This document shows positions 38,416-47,855 of a stretch of 64,000 nucleotides of DNA, piece by piece. The notes beneath the pieces are model-generated. The model did not search any database. It was not told the DNA's origin and saw only the letters and a list, made by a program, of their open reading frames with translations. This DNA comes from an uncultured Clostridia bacterium (GTDB lineage Bacteria; Bacillota; Clostridia; TANB77; CAG-465): the NCBI GenBank assembly GCA_947624625.1, contig CANQLD010000002.1, positions 415 through 64,414 on the forward strand, given 5' to 3'. Numbering within the stretch: the stretch's first letter is position 1; each line of letters opens with the position of its first letter. The position numbers were made by a program, and so were the translations under genes.

Positions 38416-38456
38416 TAATAAATTGCTTTTTGTAAGTTTTTTTACCTTTAATAAAC

Positions 38457-38494
38457 AAAACATACTATGAAATAAAAATCTCATAGTATGTTTT
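38457..38494 (-). terminator. Terminator after P2
   Basis: 14-bp stem AAAACATACTATGA/TCATAGTATGTTTT. Confidence 0.75.
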
Positions 38495-38500
38495 GTTAAG

Positions 38501-39568
38501 TTACTTTTTTAAAGATTCAAGATAATTTCTTTCTTCATTATCAGTTACACTACTTAATAAATAATTATATGACTCAATAATAGTTTTACACTCATCACAT
38601 GATAAAACATATTTAAAATCTATAATTAAGTCAAACATCTCAATTAAGTTATATACATCAATATTTGTATATTTAAGTAGGAATGCGAATAAATCATCTG
38701 CCAAACTATATCTATTCACTTTATCTCTTTCAATTAGTAATATAATATAATCTTTAATTTTATAAATTTTTTTACAAAAATATGATTCAAAATCGTTACT
38801 ATTATTGCCAAAAAATCTATTTAAAACCAATTTAATTTCAAAACTTCTAGATAACCTAGTAATATAATAAAGTATAAATTCACCAGTTTTAGTTGTTATA
38901 TATGTTCTTTTATAAATAGTTAATAATTCACCAGCCGAATAATTACTGCTTATATAATCATAAAAAATTTCAAAGTAATCTCTACCAAATTTAGGTATAA
39001 GCACTTCAAAAAGAAGACTTATTTTAACCTCATCAGTAAAATCGCTTTCTTCAAAGGCGGATTCAAAAGCAAGTATTTTTTCAACTACATCATCATTATC
39101 AGCATTACTTTTTGCAAATCTATTCATATATACTTTACTAGAATAATATTTAAAAAAGTCAATTCTACATAAAAGATTTCTATATTTAACAATGTATTCA
39201 ACTGGCATTTCAAAAAATACATCATATAATTTATCTTGTATGTTTTTATCACTATCTATATTCTCAATCTTTCCTATATTATTTATAATTACTTTAAATT
39301 TACTTTCATTTATCCTACCTAATTTTAAAAAAGCCTCTAAACTATTTAAAAAAATCTGCGTTAAAAAAGATTCTGAGATATCATTGCCTACTATATCGAT
39401 ATATTTTACTGCATAAGGATAAGTGCGTATTGCCTCTAAAATTACCTCTTCATTAAGCCGAAGTGGATATGGCAGTTTATCAATAAGACTTCCATCAGAT
39501 TTAAGTGCTTTTAATAATTCATTAAAATTTTTGAATCCCATTGAATCAACAAACCTACTAACATACAT
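38501..39568 (-). CDS. Paralogue P2
   Basis: 355 aa. Roughly two-thirds of positions match P3 by eye. Confidence 0.7.
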   Translation of the reverse strand: MYVSRFVDSMGFKNFNELLKALKSDGSLIDKLPYPLRLNEEVILEAIRTYPYAVKYIDIVGNDISESFLTQIFLNSLEAFLKLGRINESKFKVIINNIGKIENIDSDKNIQDKLYDVFFEMPVEYIVKYRNLLCRIDFFKYYSSKVYMNRFAKSNADNDDVVEKILAFESAFEESDFTDEVKISLLFEVLIPKFGRDYFEIFYDYISSNYSAGELLTIYKRTYITTKTGEFILYYITRLSRSFEIKLVLNRFFGNNSNDFESYFCKKIYKIKDYIILLIERDKVNRYSLADDLFAFLLKYTNIDVYNLIEMFDLIIDFKYVLSCDECKTIIESYNYLLSSVTDNEERNYLESLKK

Positions 39569-39631
39569 TATATAGTCCTCCTTTAAATTTTTTTGTGATT
39601 ACACATAAAATTCTTAATTATTTTCAAGTTT

Positions 39632-39660
39632 ATTTTATCATAGCAATTTATTTATGTCAA
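39632..39660 (-). promoter_or_regulatory. Promoter of P2
   Basis: TTGACA, 17 nt, then TAAAAT, with the same layout as P1. Confidence 0.55.
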
Positions 39661-39694
39661 TAATAATTTTTTTTTATAAGTTTTTACCTTAAAA

Positions 39695-39733
39695 AAACAT
39701 ACTATGAAATAAAAATCTCATAGTATGTTTTTT
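39695..39733 (-). terminator. Terminator after P3
   Basis: 13-bp stem AAACATACTATGA/TCATAGTATGTTT plus a T run. Confidence 0.75.
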
Positions 39734-39735
39734 AA

Positions 39736-40788
39736 TTACTGTTTTAAAGATTCAAGATAATTTCTTTCTTCATTATCAGTTACACTACTTAATAAATAAT
39801 TATATGTTTCAATTATAGTTCTACATTCATTAATAGATAAAGCATATACAAATTTTATAACTATATCAAACATCTCGATTAAGTTAAATACATCAATGTT
39901 TGTATTTTTTAGTAGAAATGCAAATAATTCATCTGCAAAGATATATTTATTAATTTTTTCCTTTTCAACTAATGATATGATATACTCTTTAATTTGATTA
40001 AGGTTATTAAAAAAATACGATTCAAAATCATTGGTATTATTGCCAAAAAATTGATATAAAACATCTAAAATTTCAAAGCTTTTAGTTAACCTATTAATAT
40101 AATAAAGTATAAAATAACCAGTTGTATTTGTTACGTATGTTCTTTTGTATATAGTTAATAATTTATTAACCGAATAATGTGAAATGATATATTTAGCAAA
40201 GACTCCAAAATAATTTCTGCCAAATTTAGGTATAAGAACTTCAAAAAGAAGACTTATTTTATCCTCATCAGTAAAGTCACTTTCTTCAAAGGCAGATTCA
40301 AAAGCAAGTATTTTTCCAACTACACTTTTACTATTCTTAAATCTATCCATAAATTTTGTACTAGAATAATATTTGAAAAAATCACTTTTACATAAAAGAC
40401 TTTTATATCTTATTATATATTTAGTTGGTATTTTAAAAAATACATGATATAATTTATCTTCCGTGCTATTATCATTATATAAATCATAAATCTTTCCTGT
40501 ATTATTAATTATTACTTTAAATTTTCTTTCATCTATAGGACCTAATTTCATAAATGCATCTATATTATTTAAAAAAATCTGTGCTAAAAATGAATCTGAA
40601 ATATCGTGATTTCTATCAATATACTCTACTGCATTTGGATAAGTACGTATCGAATCTAATATTACTTCTTTGTTAAGCCGAAGTGGATATGGCAGTTTAT
40701 CAATAAGACTTCCATCAGATTTAAGTGCTTTTAATAATTCATTAAAATTTTTGAATCCCATTGAATCAACAAACCTACTAACATTCAC
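39736..40788 (-). CDS. Paralogue P3
   Basis: 350 aa. GTG start 8 nt after GGAGG. Confidence 0.7.
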   Translation of the reverse strand: MNVSRFVDSMGFKNFNELLKALKSDGSLIDKLPYPLRLNKEVILDSIRTYPNAVEYIDRNHDISDSFLAQIFLNNIDAFMKLGPIDERKFKVIINNTGKIYDLYNDNSTEDKLYHVFFKIPTKYIIRYKSLLCKSDFFKYYSSTKFMDRFKNSKSVVGKILAFESAFEESDFTDEDKISLLFEVLIPKFGRNYFGVFAKYIISHYSVNKLLTIYKRTYVTNTTGYFILYYINRLTKSFEILDVLYQFFGNNTNDFESYFFNNLNQIKEYIISLVEKEKINKYIFADELFAFLLKNTNIDVFNLIEMFDIVIKFVYALSINECRTIIETYNYLLSSVTDNEERNYLESLKQ

Positions 40789-40850
40789 TATATATTCCTC
40801 CTTTAATTTTTTTTGTGATTACACATAGAATACATATTATTTTCAAACTA

Positions 40851-40879
40851 ATTTTATCATAGTAATTTTTTTATGTCAA
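40851..40879 (-). promoter_or_regulatory. Promoter of P3
   Basis: TTGACA, 17 nt, then TAAAAT. Confidence 0.55.
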
Positions 40880-40930
40880 TAATAAATTGCTTTTTGCAAG
40901 TTTTTTTAACTTTAAAATTTATATAATAGA

Positions 40931-40968
40931 AAAACATACTATGAAATTTTTTCATAGTATGTTTTTTA
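40931..40968 (-). terminator. Terminator after P4
   Basis: 15-bp stem AAAACATACTATGAA/TTCATAGTATGTTTT plus a T run. Confidence 0.75.
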
Positions 40969-40973
40969 TTTAC

Positions 40974-42029
40974 TTACTTAACTATAGATTCAAGAAATTT
41001 TCTATCCTCAACATCTGTTACACTATCTAATAAATAATTATATGACTCAATTAAAGCATCGCACTTATCTTGTAAAATAACTGTAGAATGTATCTCATTC
41101 TTGAACATCTTTACTAGTTTAAATACATCTATATTTGTATTTTTAACTAAAAATTTAAATAATTCATTTGCAAAAGAATTTCTCTTACCATATACATTTC
41201 CTAACAATAATGAAAAATAATTTATAATACTATTTTCATTATAATCAAAGAGTCTTTCAATTTTACCAGTATTATCAAAGTAACAATATAATATCTTTAT
41301 AACTCTAAAAGTATCAAAAAAATTTTTAATATAATATAATATAAACTCGTCAAAACCAGAATTTATAAAAGACGGCTTTTTATTAATATTTATTATGTCA
41401 TTAACTGAATAATTAGATTCAATATATTTAGCAAAGATTTCAAAATAATTTTTACCAAGTACAGGTATAAAATATTCTACAATAATTCTCAACTTATTCT
41501 TTTTATTAAATTCGTAATTCTCAATCGAACATTCAAAAGCAAGAAGTTTTTCAATTACATTTTCATCCATATAAACATATTTTTCCACATACGTTTCCGA
41601 AGAATAATATTTATCAAAATCATATTTACGTAAAAGTTCTCCATTTTTTAATATAAAATTAATTGGCATAATATAGAAAAAGCTATATAATCCATCTTGC
41701 AAATCAGGATCGCTTTCTAAATTTTTTATACTTGGTATTTGTCGTATAGCTTGTTTAAAAAACTCATCATCAAGCTTACAATTTACAAATCTTGTAAATG
41801 CCTTCATATTGTTTATAAAAACATCTACTAAGAAATCATTAGAAGCATAGTTCATATCAATATACTTAATTGCTTTAGGATAGGTTTTTACTGCCTCTAA
41901 TATTACTTCTTGGTTTAGCCGAAGTGGATAAGGCAATTCTTCAATAAATTCTCCGTTACTCTCCAGTTTCTTTAATAATCTCTCAAAAGTTTCATAACCT
42001 GTTGATTTGAGCATTCTTTCTAAATTCAT
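40974..42029 (-). CDS. Paralogue P4
   Basis: 351 aa. Only 52 nt separate it from the P5 stop, with no -35 box or terminator between them, so it is probably co-transcribed with P5. Confidence 0.7.
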   Translation of the reverse strand: MNLERMLKSTGYETFERLLKKLESNGEFIEELPYPLRLNQEVILEAVKTYPKAIKYIDMNYASNDFLVDVFINNMKAFTRFVNCKLDDEFFKQAIRQIPSIKNLESDPDLQDGLYSFFYIMPINFILKNGELLRKYDFDKYYSSETYVEKYVYMDENVIEKLLAFECSIENYEFNKKNKLRIIVEYFIPVLGKNYFEIFAKYIESNYSVNDIININKKPSFINSGFDEFILYYIKNFFDTFRVIKILYCYFDNTGKIERLFDYNENSIINYFSLLLGNVYGKRNSFANELFKFLVKNTNIDVFKLVKMFKNEIHSTVILQDKCDALIESYNYLLDSVTDVEDRKFLESIVK

Positions 42030-42081
42030 TATATTTTCCTCCTTTAAATTTTTTTCATAAAAATCATATGAATTTTTAAGC

Positions 42082-43176
42082 TCATTTTATTAAAGTTTCA
42101 AGAAACTCAATTTCCTCTTTATCAGTTGTAATATAGACTAAATTATCATATATTTCATCAATATGTTTGCAAGACTTTCCAGATAATTCATCTGTATAAT
42201 GAATATAGTCTTTAAACATTTCAAGCAACTTAAAAATCTCAATAGGTAAACCATTTTTAAGTATGAATATAAACAATTTATCAGCAAATAAAGCTATATC
42301 TAATGTTTTATCTTCAGCTACATTATCAAGTAACATTGCAAAATAATCTACCACTCTTTCTTCTTTATGAAAATATGAATTAAATCTTTCAGAAGAGTCA
42401 AATACAGAATAAAGCACATTTAATACATCTAAAACATTAGTAGATTTTGTTAATAATATAATATAATTTAGCATAAAGTGCATTATTTTATTATCTTTAT
42501 ATCTACTATCAGTACTACAATATACATCTAATACTTCTTCAACCGAATAATTAAAAATAAGATACTTAGCAAAAAAATTATAATAATCAAAGCCTAAATC
42601 CCTTACAAATGAAAAGATTATGATACTAATACTCCCAACATTATTGCTTGGAAAATTATCAGGATAACAACCTACAATTTCAAATGCTATAGCTCTTTGC
42701 ATTACATCTTCTGTTTTATTAATAAATTTTTTTAAGTAAGTTATATTATCGTAATAACCATAAAATTTACTATTTCTTAATTCGTCACTAAATTCATATA
42801 TATATTCTATTGGAAACATATTCCAAATCTCACATAAATTATCTTTTATCTTATCATTCTCAATTTTTAGCGATATATTTACTATATTTTTTAAAATTAT
42901 TTTAAATAACGTTTTAGTAATTCGTGGCTTTAGTTCTATAAAAGTCTCCAAATTTGTAAGTAAAACTTTTTCTAAGAAAGCATCTGAACAAAAATCCTTG
43001 TCGATATATTTTATCGCTTGTGGATAATTACATAATGCTGCAAGTATTACTTCAGAATTGTACCGAAGTGAATATGGTAATTCGTCAATAAGTTCACCAT
43101 TTAACTTAAGTGCTTTTAGTAATTCAATAAAATTTTCAAATCCTGCTAAATTTACTTCTCTTTTAAAATTCTTCAT
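42082..43176 (-). CDS. Paralogue P5 (most divergent)
   Basis: 364 aa. Retains FENFIELLKALKLNGELIDELPYSLRYNSEVIL and the C-terminal EFLETLIK. Confidence 0.7.
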   Translation of the reverse strand: MKNFKREVNLAGFENFIELLKALKLNGELIDELPYSLRYNSEVILAALCNYPQAIKYIDKDFCSDAFLEKVLLTNLETFIELKPRITKTLFKIILKNIVNISLKIENDKIKDNLCEIWNMFPIEYIYEFSDELRNSKFYGYYDNITYLKKFINKTEDVMQRAIAFEIVGCYPDNFPSNNVGSISIIIFSFVRDLGFDYYNFFAKYLIFNYSVEEVLDVYCSTDSRYKDNKIMHFMLNYIILLTKSTNVLDVLNVLYSVFDSSERFNSYFHKEERVVDYFAMLLDNVAEDKTLDIALFADKLFIFILKNGLPIEIFKLLEMFKDYIHYTDELSGKSCKHIDEIYDNLVYITTDKEEIEFLETLIK

Positions 43177-43237
43177 TTTAAATTCCTCCTATTAATTATG
43201 GTAATTACTCATATTATACACAAACATTTGCAGACTC

Positions 43238-43266
43238 ATTTTATCACGGGAAATTACTGATGTCAA
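43238..43266 (-). promoter_or_regulatory. Promoter of P5 (and probably P4)
   Basis: TTGACA (43261..43266), 17 nt, then TAAAAT (43238..43243). Confidence 0.5.
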
Positions 43267-43268
43267 TA

Positions 43269-43652
43269 TCAAAAAATATTTTCACATATTATTTTCTGCC
43301 TATCTACCACCATAATTAGATTTGCTCTTAATCTTTGTATATGTACATAACTTTCTTCATAATTTTCTTTATTTATATATGCTTTGAGTTCTACTAAACT
43401 ATCATCTATTTGATCAATTAAATCATTTTGTACAAATATATTCCAAGCATCTTTTACATTTTTCCAAGAGTTTTCAAGTTCTTTTATGCTTTCCTTAGCT
43501 TTTTCTATATTTTTGTTATTTAACATATTTTCAGTATAATTTAAATCTGCAAGGACAAAGTTAGAACTATTATTTAAATAATATGTTTCTCCTATTCCCC
43601 CTAAAACAACTAATGCAATACTTACTATTAATATAAAAATCTGTCTTGTCAT
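43269..43652 (-). CDS. DUF4363-like small membrane-anchored protein
   Basis: 127 aa with an N-terminal TM helix and a helical body. It has a 4-nt overlap with the upstream DUF421 gene, a pairing typical for this family. Confidence 0.55.
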   Translation of the reverse strand: MTRQIFILIVSIALVVLGGIGETYYLNNSSNFVLADLNYTENMLNNKNIEKAKESIKELENSWKNVKDAWNIFVQNDLIDQIDDSLVELKAYINKENYEESYVHIQRLRANLIMVVDRQKIICENIF

Positions 43653-44302
43653 TTACTACTCACCTCTTGTTTTAATTGATATATAAACTTTTTATTGTCA
43701 TCAATAGTACCAACTAATATATCTTCTATATTTAATTTTTCTTTCTTTACAATTTTGTTTACTTCCTCTTCTGTTATATTTAAAATCTTTATATTAATCT
43801 CAGATATTTTTCCATCTTCAATAATATTTAGAGGTAAATTATTTATATTATCACTATATTTTATAACACTTAAATTTCCATTTGTTTCTACAATTGCAAA
43901 CTTTACATCTTGTATCTTAAATACATTACACTCTCTTAATTGTGACATTAAATCAGGTATAGTATATTGAAGTCTTTTAAATTCATCTTCAAGTATTTTT
44001 CCGTCTTTTATAATAGGAGATATAGTTCCACAAACTACATCTTGAGCTTTATTACTTGACTGAATAATTAATGTAAATATTATATATGCAATAAGTAAAG
44101 TAACTATAGGAATTATTCCATCAAATATGGAAATACCTCTTGACGACATTGGAGCTGACGCAAGGTCTGCTATTAAAATTATTATTGCAAGTTCAAAAGG
44201 TTGTACTTTTGAAAGTTCTCTTTTTCCCATAAGTCTGATTACTAAAAAAACTATTGCATATAGAATTAATGCTCTAAAAAAAACAATTAACATTTTTATC
44301 AC
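43649..44302 (-). CDS. DUF421/YetF-family membrane protein
   Basis: Motifs RLMGKRELSKVQPFELAIIILIADLA and a C-terminal soluble domain, as in YetF/YrbG-type proteins. Confidence 0.7.
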   Translation of the reverse strand: MIKMLIVFFRALILYAIVFLVIRLMGKRELSKVQPFELAIIILIADLASAPMSSRGISIFDGIIPIVTLLIAYIIFTLIIQSSNKAQDVVCGTISPIIKDGKILEDEFKRLQYTIPDLMSQLRECNVFKIQDVKFAIVETNGNLSVIKYSDNINNLPLNIIEDGKISEINIKILNITEEEVNKIVKKEKLNIEDILVGTIDDNKKFIYQLKQEVSSK

Positions 44303-44381
44303 CTAAAAACTATTTTTTGCATAAATTAATTAATTATACAAATAATACTACTAAATAAAATTAAAAAATGAGGAGGAAAAT

Positions 44382-44750
44382 ATGGACGAAATTCAAACAT
44401 TAAAAAATAACACAGATACATTAAGACTTTCACAAATGTTTCTAAGGTTTATAACATCTGTTTCAATATTTGCAGTAACAGTCTTTTTTACACCAAATTT
44501 TAATATATCTTCATTTCCAATATTAGTTCTTAGTGCAATTACAATAACTTTATTTGATTATCTTGTTTCAATAATAACAGGTATTCACGATATTCCTCTT
44601 GGAAGAGGATTTGTTGGGTTTACTTCTGCAGCAATTATTATATATATAACGCAGTTTTTTGTTGATGGCTATTATATATCAGTTATAAGTAGTTTAATTG
44701 CAGCAGCAATTTATGGAATAATTGATAGTATGCTTCCAAATAGAAGTTAA
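44382..44750 (+). CDS. Small integral membrane protein (3-4 TM helices; possibly DUF2512/YndM-like)
   Basis: 122-aa hydrophobic ORF with RBS GAGGAGG. The family call is tentative. Confidence 0.5.
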   Translation: MDEIQTLKNNTDTLRLSQMFLRFITSVSIFAVTVFFTPNFNISSFPILVLSAITITLFDYLVSIITGIHDIPLGRGFVGFTSAAIIIYITQFFVDGYYISVISSLIAAAIYGIIDSMLPNRS

Positions 44751-44786
44751 AAAGAAACCGAAGTATCTTACTTCGATTTCTTTTTT
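44749..44786. terminator. Bidirectional terminator
   Basis: 15-bp stem AAAGAAACCGAAGTA/TACTTCGATTTCTTT (one mismatch) with a flanking T run. It abuts the frame-corrected U32 stop at 44792. Confidence 0.65.
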
Positions 44787-44791
44787 AAAAA

Positions 44792-47099
44792 CTATTCTTT
44801 TTCTAAAATACAATGTCTAACATTACAGTCACTTAAATTTTTCTTTCTATATTTAACTATTCTCATTATACAGTCTATATTATCACATACAATATAATAT
44901 TTAGCACCGGTGCAAATCTTTTAAATAGTACATATTTTTACAAGGCCTTTTGCAACTTTCCTCCTCGCCTTCTCTTCCTATAAAACTACCAAGAATACAG
45001 TATCTTGATGTCATTACGGTTATGATATCATTTACACACTCAATATTAAAATATTTACTAAAATTATCATACTCTGTGCCACTTAATTCAACAGAAGGAG
45101 TTATTTTATCAAAGCCAAGCATTGTTAAAAAATATGCACTATACAAATTTGTCACATTAAATGAATAATCAGCATAAAGTAAAAAATTATATTTTTCTTT
45201 TAATTTAATTAGCATATCAAAATATGCAAAGCTACCAAGAAGTACACCACTTATTCCCTCACTTAAGTAGCCTTCAATATTTTTGGTTATAATATTATCT
45301 AAATTTTTACCAACAAAATTATGAATATACAAAAATAACTTTACTTTACCTTTATACTTATTTATAATTTCATTTTTAAATTTTAAAAAATCAGCTATAT
45401 TTATATATAAAATATCAAGACTTAAATTAAATTTATTTTTAAACTCTTTTATATAATCTATATTGTTTGAGAATTTATATACAAAATATGTATTTTCTTT
45501 TTTATTGCAATTATTTAATTTTGATATTTTATTATCTAAATCTTTAATTACATCTTTTTCTTTATTTATAAACTCACAAGTATCTAATAATATTTTTTCA
45601 CTATCTTTTATCTTTTGAGTTAAATCTCTTCTAATACTGTTAAGCACAGAAATTGGAATAAATAAATTCTTATCAAGTATAACCTCTATATTACTAAAAA
45701 GATAAGGTTCATCTTTTGTTTTTGAAAATGCTTTTATAACATCCTCTTTAGTTATCTCTTTAGTTTTAGCAATCTCAGGTACATAATCATATTCGTAATT
45801 TATATTCTTTTCTTTAACTTCCAAACTAATCTTTTTATTACTTTTTATTATTATTTGCAAACTTAAATTCTTGGTTTTATTACCTGTATTAAATTCTTGT
45901 GCAAGCATTTTATTTAGTTTGCTTGAAGAAGTTCTATACACACTACTTTTTTCTTTTATATTTTCGTTAAAATCTCCGATATATACATAATTTCCTTTTT
46001 TAACATCAGAGTTTAAAATATTTCCATTTTCATCTTTAATACAAGTAATAATATTTGATATAACTTTTCCCTCTGAATATATTTCAATACCGTCGTGCAT
46101 AGAAATATCTTCTGCAAGTTTTACTTTTACATATTTTTTATACTTTTTAATTACTTCACCAATGTATATACCTTTATTTTTAGGTGTTAAAAGTGATATA
46201 GATTCTTTATATCTTACTTTTTTTAAATAACCATCAGATAAACCGTCTCTATTAAATAATTGTTTTAGTATATATTTATCATTTTCTAAAACATCCATTT
46301 TTTTATCTATATACTTTCTATATGTCTTTGTTACACCTAAAACATATTCAAAAGATTTGTTTCTACCTTCTATTTTTAAAGAAGTAACTCCAATATTTTT
46401 TAACTCGTTTACATACTCAAGTCCATATATATCTTTTTTACTAAGTAAATACTTTTCTTTTATAACCTCTTTATTATTAGTATCAAATAAACTATATTTC
46501 ATCCTACAAGGTTGTGCACAAGCACCTCTATTTGCACTTCTACTACCTATAACACTACTAAGTAAACATTGACCTGACATAGAAACACATAGTGCTCCGT
46601 GAATAAACACTTCTGTTTCCATATTTGTACTTTCACATATTTCTTTGATTTCTTGAATAGTTAATTCACGTGCAAGTACAACTCTACTAAAACCAATACT
46701 TTCAAGAAATTTAACTTGTGATTTTGAGTACACACTCATTTGAGTACTTGCGTGAAGATGTAAATCAGGTAGTATTTTATGTAAAATATATGCTAGTCCA
46801 ATATCTTGAATAATAACTGCGTCAAGTCCTCTTGAATATAACTTAATAACTAAATCAATTGCCTCTTTAATTTCAGAGTCATATAACAAAGTATTTAATG
46901 TTAAATAAACTTTTATTCCCCTATAATGAGCATATTCAATGCACTCAATATATTTTTCCACATCAAAGTTTTCTGCCATTTGTCTTGCATTAAATTTTGA
47001 AAGCCCCATATAAATAGCATCTGCACCACCAATACAAGCAGCTTTAAAAGAAGCAAGATTTCCTGCAGGAGATAAAAGTTCAATTTTTTTATTTACCAT
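44792..47099 (-). pseudogene. Peptidase U32 family protein with a 1-nt frame break near the 3' end
   Basis: N-terminus ELLSPAGN...GADAIY and U32 core E(V)FIHGALC...CRM. The zero frame ends ...KDLHRC* at 44901. The +1 frame from 44908 continues GAKYYIVCDNIDCIMRIVKYRKKNLSDCNVRHCILEKE* to 44792, immediately before a terminator. Confidence 0.8.
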
Positions 47100-47103
47100 A
47101 TTT

Positions 47104-47832
47104 TTACCTCATATTTTTTTGCTTTGCTACTTCATAAATACATATTGCTGCACTAACGGAAGCATTAAATGAATTTATATTTCCATACATTGGAATATTA
47201 ACCATAAAATCACAATTTTCTTTTACTAGTCTTGATATACCTGTTCCTTCATTTCCAACAACTATACCAAGAGCTGAGTCAAATTTAGTATCATATATTT
47301 TACTTGAGCCTTCCATATCAAGACCATATATCCATAGTCCATACTCTTTTAACTTTTTTATGCTTTCAGTTATATTAGCAACTCTTGCAACCCTCATATA
47401 TGAACAAGCACCTGCAGATACTTTTTCAACTACATCAGTTACTGGTGTTTGATTTCTTTTTTGTATAATTATTCCGTGTACTCCAAGACACTCAGCAGTT
47501 CTAATTATTGCACCTAAATTGTGTGGATCTTCAATTTTATCAAGTATTACAACAAATGGTGGCTCATTTTTGCTTTTAGCATAGTCAATTATATCTTCTA
47601 TTTGACAATATTCAAAGTCAGTTATATTTGCTACAATACCTTGCGAATTTTTTTGATTAATCATTTTGTCAAGTTTAGATTTCTCACTTTCAACAACAAC
47701 AATCTTTTTTTGCCTTGCAAGTTTTACAACATCATACAAATCTTTATTTTGTTTTTGTATATATATTTTATTAATAGTTTTATTTGAATTTATCGCTTCA
47801 ATTACTGGATTTTTTCCATAAATTAAACCCAT
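47104..47832 (-). CDS. rlmB: 23S rRNA (guanosine-2'-O)-methyltransferase RlmB (SpoU/TrmH family)
   Basis: 242 aa with motifs DKIEDPHNLGAIIRTAE, VVGNEGTGIS and NASVSAAI. Confidence 0.85.
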   Translation of the reverse strand: MGLIYGKNPVIEAINSNKTINKIYIQKQNKDLYDVVKLARQKKIVVVESEKSKLDKMINQKNSQGIVANITDFEYCQIEDIIDYAKSKNEPPFVVILDKIEDPHNLGAIIRTAECLGVHGIIIQKRNQTPVTDVVEKVSAGACSYMRVARVANITESIKKLKEYGLWIYGLDMEGSSKIYDTKFDSALGIVVGNEGTGISRLVKENCDFMVNIPMYGNINSFNASVSAAICIYEVAKQKNMR

Positions 47833-47855
47833 ATTATTTTATCCTTTCTATTTTA

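Larger units (their letters stand above)
37234..43266 (-). repeat. Tandem array of five paralogous gene units (about 1.1-1.25 kb each)
   Basis: Five co-oriented ORFs of 349-364 aa share N-terminal, middle and C-terminal blocks. The promoter/leader and terminator hairpins are also repeated. Confidence 0.9.

Noticed and set aside
37234-40968. Recurring CATACTATGA...TCATAGTATG hairpins as a possible CRISPR or REP-like repeat family
   Set aside because: Their spacing of about 1.2 kb equals the paralogue gene length. Each sits immediately after a stop codon and is followed by a T run. They are terminators copied along with the duplication unit.
44904-44913. The GCACCGGTGC palindrome as a restriction/modification site or insertion scar
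   Set aside because: I noticed only this single occurrence. It is adequately explained as the codons around the U32 frame break, and there is no flanking duplication or foreign sequence.
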